Shown one piece after another: positions 1-11,000 of a stretch of DNA of 64,000 bases. Made by a program: the position numbers and the translations under genes. The stretch is from the human T2T-CHM13v2.0 reference genome, Homo sapiens. The stretch lies in the NCBI RefSeq assembly GCF_009914755.1, contig NC_060944.1; one strand, given 5' to 3'. Within the stretch, counting starts at the first letter, position 1; each line of letters begins with the position of its first letter. Below the pieces are notes generated by a model. The model did no database searches, was not told where the DNA came from, and worked only from the letters and a program-made list of their open reading frames with translations.

Positions 1-83
1 GATTGAACCATCGTTTTGAAGGAGCAGTTTTGAAACACTGTTTTCGTGGAATCTGCAAGTGGATATTTGGCTAGCTTTGAGGA

Positions 84-100
84 TTTCGTTGGAAACGGGA
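84..100 (+). promoter_or_regulatory. CENP-B box (representative; 7 intact core motifs per 16-mer)
   Basis: tttcgttggaaacggga matches the 17-bp box with core TTCG-NNNN-A-NN-CGGG and recurs every 338-342 bp. Confidence 0.97.
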
Positions 101-194
101 TTACATATAAAAAGGAGACAGCAGCATTCTCAGAAACTTCTTTGTGATGTCTGCATTCAATTCACAGAGTTGAGCATTCCCTTTCATAGAGCAG

Positions 195-1550
195 GTTGGA
201 AACACTCTTTTTGTAGTATCTGGATGAGGACATTTGGAGCGCTTTCAGGCGTATGGTGAAAAAGGAAATATCTTCCCGTAAAAACTAGACAGAAGCATTC
301 TCAGAAGTTTATTTGTGATGTGTGCCCTCAACTAACAGAGTTGAACCTTTCTTTTGATAGAGCAGTTTTGAAACACTCTTTTTGTAAAATCTGCAAGAGG
401 ATATTTGGATAGCTTTGAGGATTTCGTTGCAAACGGGAATGGCTTCATATAAACTCTAGACAGAAGCATTCTCAGAAACTTCGTTGGGATGTTTCGATTG
501 AAGTCCCAGTGTTGAACATTCCCTTTTATAGAGCAGGTTGGAAACACTCTTTCTGCATTCCCTGGAAGTGGACATTTGGAGCGCTTTCAGGACGACGGTG
601 AAAATGGAAATATCTTCCAAGAAAATCTAGATAGAAGCAATGTCAGAAACTTTTATGTGATGGATCTACTCAGCTAACAGAGTTGAACCTTTCTTTTGAG
701 AGAGCAGTTTTGCAACACTCTTTTTGTGGAATATGCAAGTGGATATTAGGGCAGCTTTGAGGATTTCGTTGGAAACGGGAATACATGTAAAAAGCAGACA
801 GCAGCATTCTCAGAAACTTCTTTGTGATGTTTGCATTGAAGTCACAGAGTTGAACATTCCCTTTGAGAGAGCAGGTTTGAAACACGCCTTTTGTCATATC
901 TGGAATTGTCCATTCGGAGCGCATTCAGGCTTGTGTTGAAAAAGGAAATATCCTCCCAGAAAAACTAGACAGAAGCATTCTCAGAAACTTATGTGTGATG
1001 TATGTACTCAACTAACAGAACTAAACCATCGTTTTGAAGGAGCAGTTTTGAAACACTCTTTTTGCGGAATCTGCAAGTGGATATTTGGCTAGCTGGGAGG
1101 ATTTCGTTGGAAACGGGATTACATACAAAAAGCAGAGAGCAGCATTCTCAGAAACTTCTTTGTGATGTTTGCATTCAAGTCACAGAGTTGAACATTCCCT
1201 TTCATAGAGCAGGTTTGAAACACTCTTTTTGTAGTATCTGGAAGTGGACATTTGGAGCGCTTTCAGGCCTATGTTGAAAAAGGAAATATCTTCCCATAAA
1301 AACTAGACGGAAGCATTCTCAGAAACTTATTTGTGATGTGTTTGCTCAACTAACAGGATTGAACCATCGTTTTGAAGGAGCAGTTTTGAAACACTGTTTT
1401 CGTGGAATCTGCAAGTGGATATTTGGCTAGCTTTGAGGATTTCGTTGGAAACGGGATTACATATAAAAAGGAGACAGCAGCATTCTCAGAAACTTCTTTG
1501 TGATGTCTGCATTCAATTCACAGAGTTGAGCATTCCCTTTCATAGAGCAG
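195..1550 (+). repeat. 8-mer HOR structural variant (1356 bp), copy 1
   Basis: Anchor spacing 59 to 1415 is 1356 bp. A hybrid monomer switches from dimer-4 sequence (gcaggtttg) to dimer-8 sequence (ggaagtgg...ggagcgc...ctatgttg...agacgga) within the identical tract 1214-1242. Confidence 0.95.
422..438 (+). promoter_or_regulatory. Variant CENP-B box of dimer 2, core intact
   Basis: tttcgttgcaaacggga has G>C at a non-core position and is seen in each unit that retains dimer 2. Confidence 0.85.
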
Positions 1551-2624
1551 GTTGGAAACACTCTTTTTGTAGTATCTGGATGAGGACATTTGGAGCGCTT
1601 TCAGGCGTATGGTGAAAAAGGAAATATCTTCCCGTAAAAACTAGACAGAAGCATTCTCAGAAGTTTATTTGTGATGTGTGCCCTCAACTAACAGAGTTGA
1701 ACCTTTCTTTTGATAGAGCAGTTTTGAAACACTCTTTTTGTAAAATCTGCAAGAGGATATTTGGATAGTTTTGAGGATTTCGTTGCAAACGGGAATGGCT
1801 TCATATAAACTCTAGACAGAAGCATTCTCAGAAACTTCGTTGGGATGTTTCGATTGAAGTCCCAGTGTTGAACATTCCCTTTTATAGAGCAGGTTGGAAA
1901 CACTCTTTCTGCATTCCCTGGAAGTGGACATTTGGAGCGCTTTCAGGACGACGGTGAAAATGGAAATATCTTCCAAGAAAATCTAGATAGAAGCAATGTC
2001 AGAAACTTTTATGTGATGGATCTACTCAGCTAACAGAGTTGAACCTTTCTTTTGAGAGAGCAGTTTTGCAACACTCTTTTTGTGGAATATGCAAGTGGAT
2101 ATTAGGGCAGCTTTGAGGATTTCGTTGGAAACGGGAATACATGTAAAAAGCAGACAGCAGCATTCTCAGAAACTTCTTTGTGATGTTTGCATTGAAGTCA
2201 CAGAGTTGAACATTCCCTTTGAGAGAGCAGGTTTGAAACACGCCTTTTGTCATATCTGGAAGTGTCCATTCGGAGCGCATTCAGGCTTGTGTTGAAAAAG
2301 GAAATATCCTCCCATAAAAACTAGACAGAAGCATTCTCAGAAACTTATCTGTGATGTATGTACTCAACTAACAGAACTAAACCATCGTTTTGAAGGAGCA
2401 GTTTTGAAACACTCTTTTTGCGGAATCTGCAAGTGGATATTTGGCTAGCTGGGAGGATTTCGTTGGAAACGGGATTACATACAAAAAGCAGAGAGCAGCA
2501 TTCTCAGAAACTTCTTTGTGATGTTTGCATTCAAGTCACAGAGTTGAACATTCCCTTTCATAGAGCAGGTTTGAAACACTCTTTTTGTAGTATCTGGATG
2601 TGGACATTTGGATCGCTTTCAGGC

Positions 2625-2641
2625 CTATGGTGAAAAAGGAA
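2625..2641 (+). promoter_or_regulatory. pJ-alpha box (representative of A-type monomers alternating with CENP-B-box monomers)
   Basis: ctatggtgaaaaaggaa is the reverse complement of the pJ-alpha consensus TTCCTTTTYCACCRTAG and occupies the position equivalent to the CENP-B box in the alternate monomers. Confidence 0.8.
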
Positions 2642-3475
2642 ATATCTTCCCATGAAAACTAGACAGAAGCATTCTCAGAAACTTATTTGTGATGTGTGCC
2701 CTCAACTGACAGTGTTGAACCTTTGTTTTGATAGAGCAGTTCTGAAACACACTTTTTGTAAAATCTGCAAGAGGATATTTGGATAGCTTTGAGGATTTCG
2801 TTGGAAACGGGAATGTCTTCATGTAAACTCTAGACAGAAGCATTCTCAGAAACTGCTTTGGGATGTTTCAATTGAAGTCCCAGTGTTGAACATTCCCTTT
2901 CATAGAGCAGGTTTGAAACACTCTTTTTGTACTATCTGGAAGTGGACATTTGGAGCGCTTTCAGGTCTACGGTGAAAAAGGAGATATCTTCCAATAAAAA
3001 CTAGATAGAAGCAATGTCAGAACTTTTTTCATGATGTATCTACTCAGCAAACAGAGTTGAACCTTTCTTTTGAGAGAGCAGTTTTGAAACACTCTTTTTG
3101 TGGAATATGCAAGTGGGTATTAGGCCAGCTTGGAGGATTTCGTTGGAAACGGGAATACGTATAAAAAGCAGACAGCAGCATTGTCAGAAACTACTTTGTG
3201 ATGTTTGCATTCAAGTCACAGAATTGAACACTCCCTTTCACAGAGCAGGTTTGAAACACTCTTTTTGTAGTGTCTGTAAGTGAACATTTGGATTGCTTTC
3301 AGGCCTAAGGTGAAAAAGGAAATATCTTCCCATAAAAACTAGACAGAAGCATTCTCAGAAACTTGTTTGTGATGTGTGCCCTCTACTGACAGAGTTGAAG
3401 CTTTCTTTGCAAAGAGCAGTTTTGAAACACTCTTTTTGTAGAATCTGCAAGAGGATATTTGGATAGCTTTGAGGA

Positions 3476-3492
3476 TTTCTTGGGAAACGGGA
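3476..3492 (+). promoter_or_regulatory. Degenerate (predicted non-binding) CENP-B box of dimer 7
   Basis: tttcttgggaaacggga: the core TTCG is TTCT in every copy of dimer 7 I read. Confidence 0.85.
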
Positions 3493-4269
3493 ATGTCTTC
3501 AGATAAACTCTAGACAGAAGCATTCTCAGAAACTTCTTTGGGATGTTTCAATTGAAGTCACAGTGTTGAACATTCCCTTTCACAGAGCAGGTTTGAAACA
3601 CTCTTTTTGTAGTGTCTATAAGTGAACATTTGGCGTGCTTTCAGGCCTAACGTGAAAAAGGAAATATCTTCCAATAAAAACTAGACAGAAGCATTCTCAG
3701 AAACTTGTTCTTGATGTGTCCCCTCTACTGACAGAGTTGAACCTTTCTTTGCAAAGAGCAGCTTTGAAACACTCTTTTTGTAGAATCTGCAAGAGGATAT
3801 TTGGATAGCTTGGAGGATTTCGTTGGAAACGGGTATGTCTTCAGATAAACTCTAGACAGAAGCATTCTCAGAAACTTCTTTGGGATGTTGCATTCAAGTC
3901 ACAGAGTAGAACATTCCCATTCATAGAGCAGATTTGAAACACTCTTTTTGTAGTATCTGGAAGTGGACATTTGGAGCGCTTTCAGGCCTATGTTGAAAAA
4001 GGAAATATCTTCCCATAAAAACTAGACGGAAGCATTCTCAGAAACTTATTTGTGATGTGTTTGCTCAACTAACAGGATTGAACCATCGTTTTGAAGGAGC
4101 AGTTTTGAAACACTGTTTTCGTGGAATCTGCAAGTGGATATTTGGCTAGCTTTGAGGATTTCGTTGGAAACGGGATTACATATAAAAAGGAGACAGCAGC
4201 ATTCTCAGAAACTTCTTTGTGATGTCTGCATTCAATTCACAGAGTTGAGCATTCCCTTTCATAGAGCAG

Positions 4270-6650
4270 GTTGGAAACACTCTTTTTGTAGTATCTGGAT
4301 GAGGACATTTGGAGCGCTTTCAGGCGTATGGTGAAAAAGGAAATATCTTCCCATAAAAACTAGACAGAAGCATTCTCAGAAGTTTATTTGTGATGTGTGC
4401 CCTCAACTAACAGAGTCGAACCTTTCTTTTGATAGAGCAGTTTTGAAACACTCTTTTTGTAAAATCTGCAAGAGGATATTTGGATAGCTTTGAGGATTTC
4501 GTTGCAAACGGGAATGGCTTCATATAAACTCTAGACAGAAGCATTCTCAGAAACTTCGTTGGGATGTTTCGATTGAAGTCCCAGTGTTGAACATTCCCTT
4601 TTATAGAGCAGGTTGGAAACACTCTTTCTGCATTCCCTGGAAGTGGACATTTGGAGCGCTTTCAGGACGACGGTGAAAATGGAAATATCTTCCAAGAAAA
4701 TCTAGATAGAAGCAATGTCAGAAACTTTTATGTGATGGATCTACTCAGCTAACAGAGTTGAACCTTTCTTTTGAGAGAGCAGTTTTGCAACACTCTTTTT
4801 GTGGAATATGCAAGTGGATATTAGGGCAGCTTTGAGGATTTCGTTGGAAACGGGAATACATGTAAAAAGCAGACAGCAGCATTCTCAGAAACTTCTTTGT
4901 GATGTTTGCATTGAAGTCACAGAGTTGAACATTCCCTTTGAGAGAGCAGGTTTGAAACACGCCTTTTGTCATATCTGGAAGTGTCCATTCGGAGCGCATT
5001 CAGGCTTGTGTTGAAAAAGGAAATATCCTCCCAGAAAAACTAGACAGAAGCATTCTCAGAAACTTATCTGTGATGTATGTACTCAACTAACAGAACTAAA
5101 CCATCGTTTTGAAGGAGCAGTTTTGAAACACTCATTTTGCGGAATCTGCAAGTGGATATTTGGCTAGCTGGGAGGATTTCGTTGGAAACGGGATTACATA
5201 CAAAAAGCAGACAGCAGCATTCTCAGAAACTTCTTTGTGATGTTTGCATTCAAGTCACAGAGTTGAACATTCCCTTTCATAGAGCAGGTTTGAAACACTC
5301 TTTTTGTAGTATCTGGATGTGGACATTTGGATCGCTTTCAGGCCTATGGTGAAAAAGGAAATATCTTCCCATGAAAACTAGACAGAAGCATTCTCAGAAA
5401 CTTATTTGTGATGTGTGCCCTCAACTGACAGTGTTGAACCTTTGTTTTGATAGAGCAGTTCTGAAACACACTTTTTGTAAAATCTGCAAGAGGATATTTG
5501 GATAGCTTTGAGGATTTCGTTCGAAACGGGAATGTCTTCATGTAAACTCTAGACAGAAGCATTCTCAGAAACTGCTTTGGGATGTTTCAATTGAAGTCCC
5601 AGTGTTGAACATTCCCTTTCATAGAGCAGGTTTGAAACACTCTTTTTGTACTATCTGGAAGTGGACATTTGGAGCGCTTTCAGGTCTACGGTGAAAAAGG
5701 AGATATCTTCCAATAAAAACTAGATAGAAGCAATGTCAGAACTTTTTTCATGATGTATCTACTCAGCAAACAGAGTTGAACCTTTCTTTTGAGAGAGCAG
5801 TTTTGAAACACTCTTTTTGTGGAATATGCAAGTGGGTATTAGGCCAGCTTGGAGGATTTCGTTGGAAACGGGAATACGTATAAAAAGCAGACAGCAGCAT
5901 TGTCAGAAACTACTTTGTGATGTTTGCATTCAAGTCACAGAATTGAACACTCCCTTTCACAGAGCAGGTTTGAAACACTCTTTTTGTAGTGTCTGTAAGT
6001 GAACATTCGGATTGCTTTCAGGCCTAAGGTGAAAAAGGAAATATCTTCCCATAAAAACTAGACAGAAGCATTCTCAGAAACTTGTTTGTGATGTGTGCCC
6101 TCTACTGACAGAGTTGAACCTTTCTTTGCAAAGAGCAGTTTTGAAACACCCTTTTTGTAGAATCTGCAAGAGGATATTTGGATAGCTTTGAGGATTTCTT
6201 GGGAAACGGGAATGTCTTCAGATAAACTCTAGACAGAAGCATTCTCAGAAACTTCTTTGGGATGTTTCAATTGAAGTCACAGTGTTGAACATTCCCTTTC
6301 ACAGAGCAGGTTTGAAACACTCTTTTTGTAGTGTCTATAAGTGAACATTTGGCGTGCTTTCAGGCGTAACGTGAAAAAGGAAATATCTTCCCATAAAAAC
6401 TAGACAGAAGCATTCTCAGAAACTTGTTCTTGATGTGTCCCCTCTACTGACAGAGTTGAACTTTTCTTTGCAAAGAGCAGCTTTGAAACACACTTTTTGT
6501 AGAATCTGCAAGAGGATATTTGGATAGCTTGGAGGATTTCGTTGGAAACGGGTATGTCTTCAGATAAACTCTAGACAGAAGCATTCTCAGAAACTTCTTT
6601 GGGATGTTGCATTCAAGTCACAGAGTAGAACATTCCCATTCATAGAGCAG
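4270..6650 (+). repeat. 14-mer HOR structural variant type A (2381 bp)
   Basis: Anchor spacing 4407 to 6788 is 2381 bp (2719 minus 338). Hybrid monomer gtagaacattcccatt-catagagcag-gttgg...tggatgagg with junction at 6639-6650. Confidence 0.95.
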
Positions 6651-8006
6651 GTTGGAAACACTCTTTTTGTAGTATCTGGATGAGGACATTTGGAGCGCTT
6701 TCAGGCGTATGGTGAAAAAGGAAATATCTTCCCGTAAAAACTAGACAGAAGCATTCTCAGAAGTTTATTTGTGATGTGTGCCCTCAACTAACAGAGTTGA
6801 ACCTTTCTTTTGATAGAGCAGTTTTGAAACACTCTTTTTGTAAAATCTGCAAGAGGATATTTGGATAGCTTTGAGGATTTCGTTGCAAACGGGAATGGCT
6901 TCATATAAACTCTAGACAGAAGCATTCTCAGAAACTTCGTTGGGATGTTTCGATTGAAGTCCCAGTGTTGAACATTCCCTTTTATAGAGCAGGTTGGAAA
7001 CACTCTTTCTGCATTCCCTGGAAGTGGACATTTGGAGCGCTTTCAGGACGACGGTGAAAATGGAAATATCTTCCAAGAAAATCTAGATAGAAGCAATGTC
7101 AGAAACTTTTATGTGATGGATCTACTCAGCTAACAGAGTTGAACCTTTCTTTTGAGAGAGCAGTTTTGCAACACTCTTTTTGTGGAATATGCAAGTGGAT
7201 ATTAGGGCAGCTTTGAGGATTTCGTTGGAAACGGGAATACATGTAAAAAGCAGACAGCAGCATTCTCAGAAACTTCTTTGTGATGTTTGCATTGAAGTCA
7301 CAGAGTTGAACATTCCCTTTGAGAGAGCAGGTTTGAAACACGCCTTTTGTCATATCTGGAATTGTCCATTCGGAGCGCATTCAGGCTTGTGTTGAAAAAG
7401 GAAATATCCTCCCAGAAAAACTAGACAGAAGCATTCTCAGAAACTTATGTGTGATGTATGTACTCAACTAACAGAACTAAACCATCGTTTTGAAGGAGCA
7501 GTTTTGAAACACTCTTTTTGCGGAATCTGCAAGTGGATATTTGGCTAGCTGGGAGGATTTCGTTGGAAACGGGATTACATACAAAAAGCAGAGAGCAGCA
7601 TTCTCAGAAACTTCTTTGTGATGTTTGCATTCAAGTCACAGAGTTGAACATTCCCTTTCATAGAGCAGGTTTGAAACACTCTTTTTGTAGTATCTGGAAG
7701 TGGACATTTGGAGCGCTTTCAGGCCTATGTTGAAAAAGGAAATATCTTCCCATAAAAACTAGACGGAAGCATTCTCAGAAACTTATTTGTGATGTGTTTG
7801 CTCAACTAACAGGATTGAACCATCGTTTTGAAGGAGCAGTTTTGAAACACTGTTTTCGTGGAATCTGCAAGTGGATATTTGGCTAGCTTTGAGGATTTCG
7901 TTGGAAACGGGATTACATATAAAAAGGAGACAGCAGCATTCTCAGAAACTTCTTTGTGATGTCTGCATTCAATTCACAGAGTTGAGCATTCCCTTTCATA
8001 GAGCAG
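6651..8006 (+). repeat. 8-mer HOR structural variant (1356 bp), copy 2
   Basis: Anchor spacing 6788 to 8144 is 1356 bp. Same hybrid junction (7670-7698) and same rare SNPs as copy 1 (tggaattgtc, cttatgtgtg). Confidence 0.95.
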
Positions 8007-11000
8007 GTTGGAAACACTCTTTTTGTAGTATCTGGATGAGGACATTTGGAGCGCTTTCAGGCGTATGGTGAAAAAGGAAATATCTTCCCGTAAAAACTAG
8101 ACAGAAGCATTCTCAGAAGTTTATTTGTGATGTGTGCCCTCAACTAACAGAGTTGAACCTTTCTTTTGATAGAGCAGTTTTGAAACACTCTTTTTGTAAA
8201 ATCTGCAAGAGGATATTTGGATAGTTTTGAGGATTTCGTTGCAAACGGGAATGGCTTCATATAAACTCTAGACAGAAGCATTCTCAGAAACTTCGTTGGG
8301 ATGTTTCGATTGAAGTCCCAGTGTTGAACATTCCCTTTTATAGAGCAGGTTGGAAACACTCTTTCTGCATTCCCTGGAAGTGGACATTTGGAGCGCTTTC
8401 AGGACGACGGTGAAAATGGAAATATCTTCCAAGAAAATCTAGATAGAAGCAATGTCAGAAACTTTTATGTGATGGATCTACTCAGCTAACAGAGTTGAAC
8501 CTTTCTTTTGAGAGAGCAGTTTTGCAACACTCTTTTTGTGGAATATGCAAGTGGATATTAGGGCAGCTTTGAGGATTTCGTTGGAAACGGGAATACATGT
8601 AAAAAGCAGACAGCAGCATTCTCAGAAACTTCTTTGTGATGTTTGCATTGAAGTCACAGAGTTGAACATTCCCTTTGAGAGAGCAGGTTTGAAACACGCC
8701 TTTTGTCATATCTGGAAGTGTCCATTCGGAGCGCATTCAGGCTTGTGTTGAAAAAGGAAATATCCTCCCATAAAAACTAGACAGAAGCATTCTCAGAAAC
8801 TTATCTGTGATGTATGTACTCAACTAACAGAACTAAACCATCGTTTTGAAGGAGCAGTTTTGAAACACTCTTTTTGCGGAATCTGCAAGTGGATATTTGG
8901 CTAGCTGGGAGGATTTCGTTGGAAACGGGATTACATACAAAAAGCAGAGAGCAGCATTCTCAGAAACTTCTTTGTGATGTTTGCATTCAAGTCACAGAGT
9001 TGAACATTCCCTTTCATAGAGCAGGTTTGAAACACTCTTTTTGTAGTATCTGGATGTGGACATTTGGATCGCTTTCAGGCCTATGGTGAAAAAGGAAATA
9101 TCTTCCCATGAAAACTAGACAGAAGCATTCTCAGAAACTTATTTGTGATGTGTGCCCTCAACTGACAGTGTTGAACCTTTGTTTTGATAGAGCAGTTCTG
9201 AAACACACTTTTTGTAAAATCTGCAAGAGGATATTTGGATAGCTTTGAGGATTTCGTTCGAAACGGGAATGTCTTCATGTAAACTCTAGACAGAAGCATT
9301 CTCAGAAACTGCTTTGGGATGTTTCAATTGAAGTCCCAGTGTTGAACATTCCCTTTCATAGAGCAGGTTTGAAACACTCTTTTTGTACTATCTGGAAGTG
9401 GACATTTGGAGCGCTTTCAGGTCTACGGTGAAAAAGGAGATATCTTCCAATAAAAACTAGATAGAAGCAATGTCAGAACTTTTTTCATGATGTATCTACT
9501 CAGCAAACAGAGTTGAACCTTTCTTTTGAGAGAGCAGTTTTGAAACACTCTTTTTGTGGAATATGCAAGTGGGTATTAGGCCAGCTTGGAGGATTTCGTT
9601 GGAAACGGGAATACGTATAAAAAGCAGACAGCAGCATTGTCAGAAACTACTTTGTGATGTTTGCATTCAAGTCACAGAATTGAACACTCCCTTTCACAGA
9701 GCAGGTTTGAAACACTCTTTTTGTAGTGTCTGTAAGTGAACATTTGGATTGCTTTCAGGCCTAAGGTGAAAAAGGAAATATCTTCCCATAAAAACTAGAC
9801 AGAAGCATTCTCAGAAACTTGTTTGTGATGTGTGCCCTCTACTGACAGAGTTGAAGCTTTCTTTGCAAAGAGCAGTTTTGAAACACTCTTTTTGTAGAAT
9901 CTGCAAGAGGATATTTGGATAGCTTTGAGGATTTCTTGGGAAACGGGAATGTCTTCAGATAAACTCTAGACAGAAGCATTCTCAGAAACTTCTTTGGGAT
10001 GTTTCAATTGAAGTCACAGTGTTGAACATTCCCTTTCACAGAGCAGGTTTGAAACACTCTTTTTGTAGTGTCTATAAGTGAACATTTGGCGTGCTTTCAG
10101 GCCTAACGTGAAAAAGGAAATATCTTCCCATAAAAACTAGACAGAAGCATTCTCAGAAACTTGTTCTTGATGTGTCCCCTCTACTGACAGAGTTGAACCT
10201 TTCTTTGCAAAGAGCAGCTTTGAAACACTCTTTTTGTAGAATCTGCAAGAGGATATTTGGATAGCTTGGAGGATTTCGTTGGAAACGGGTATGTCTTCAG
10301 ATAAACTCTAGACAGAAGCATTCTCAGAAACTTCTTTGGGATGTTGCATTCAAGTCACAGAGTAGAACATTCCCATTCATAGAGCAGATTTGAAACACTC
10401 TTTTTGTAGTATCTGGAAGTGGACATTTGGAGCGCTTTCAGGCCTATGTTGAAAAAGGAAATATCTTCCCATAAAAACTAGACGGAAGCATTCTCAGAAA
10501 CTTATTTGTGATGTGTTTGCTCAACTAACAGGATTGAACCATCGTTTTGAAGGAGCAGTTTTGAAACACTGTTTTCGTGGAATCTGCAAGTGGATATTTG
10601 GCTAGCTTTGAGGATTTCGTTGGAAACGGGATTACATATAAAAAGGAGACAGCAGCATTCTCAGAAACTTCTTTGTGATGTCTGCATTCAATTCACAGAG
10701 TTGAGCATTCCCTTTCATAGAGCAGGTTGGAAACACTCTTTTTGTAGTATCTGGATGAGGACATTTGGAGCGCTTTCAGGCGTATGGTGAAAAAGGAAAT
10801 ATCTTCCCATAAAAACTAGACAGAAGCATTCTCAGAAGTTTATTTGTGATGTGTGCCCTCAACTAACAGAGTCGAACCTTTCTTTTGATAGAGCAGTTTT
10901 GAAACACTCTTTTTGTAAAATCTGCAAGAGGATATTTGGATAGCTTTGAGGATTTCGTTGCAAACGGGAATGGCTTCATATAAACTCTAGACAGAAGCAT

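Larger units (their letters stand above)
1415..4133 (+). repeat. Representative canonical 16-mer HOR unit (8 dimers)
   Basis: CENP-B-box positions 1440, 1778, 2120, 2458, 2796, 3138, 3476, 3818, next 4159 give dimer lengths 338, 342, 338, 338, 342, 338, 342, 341, summing to 2719. Confidence 0.97.
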
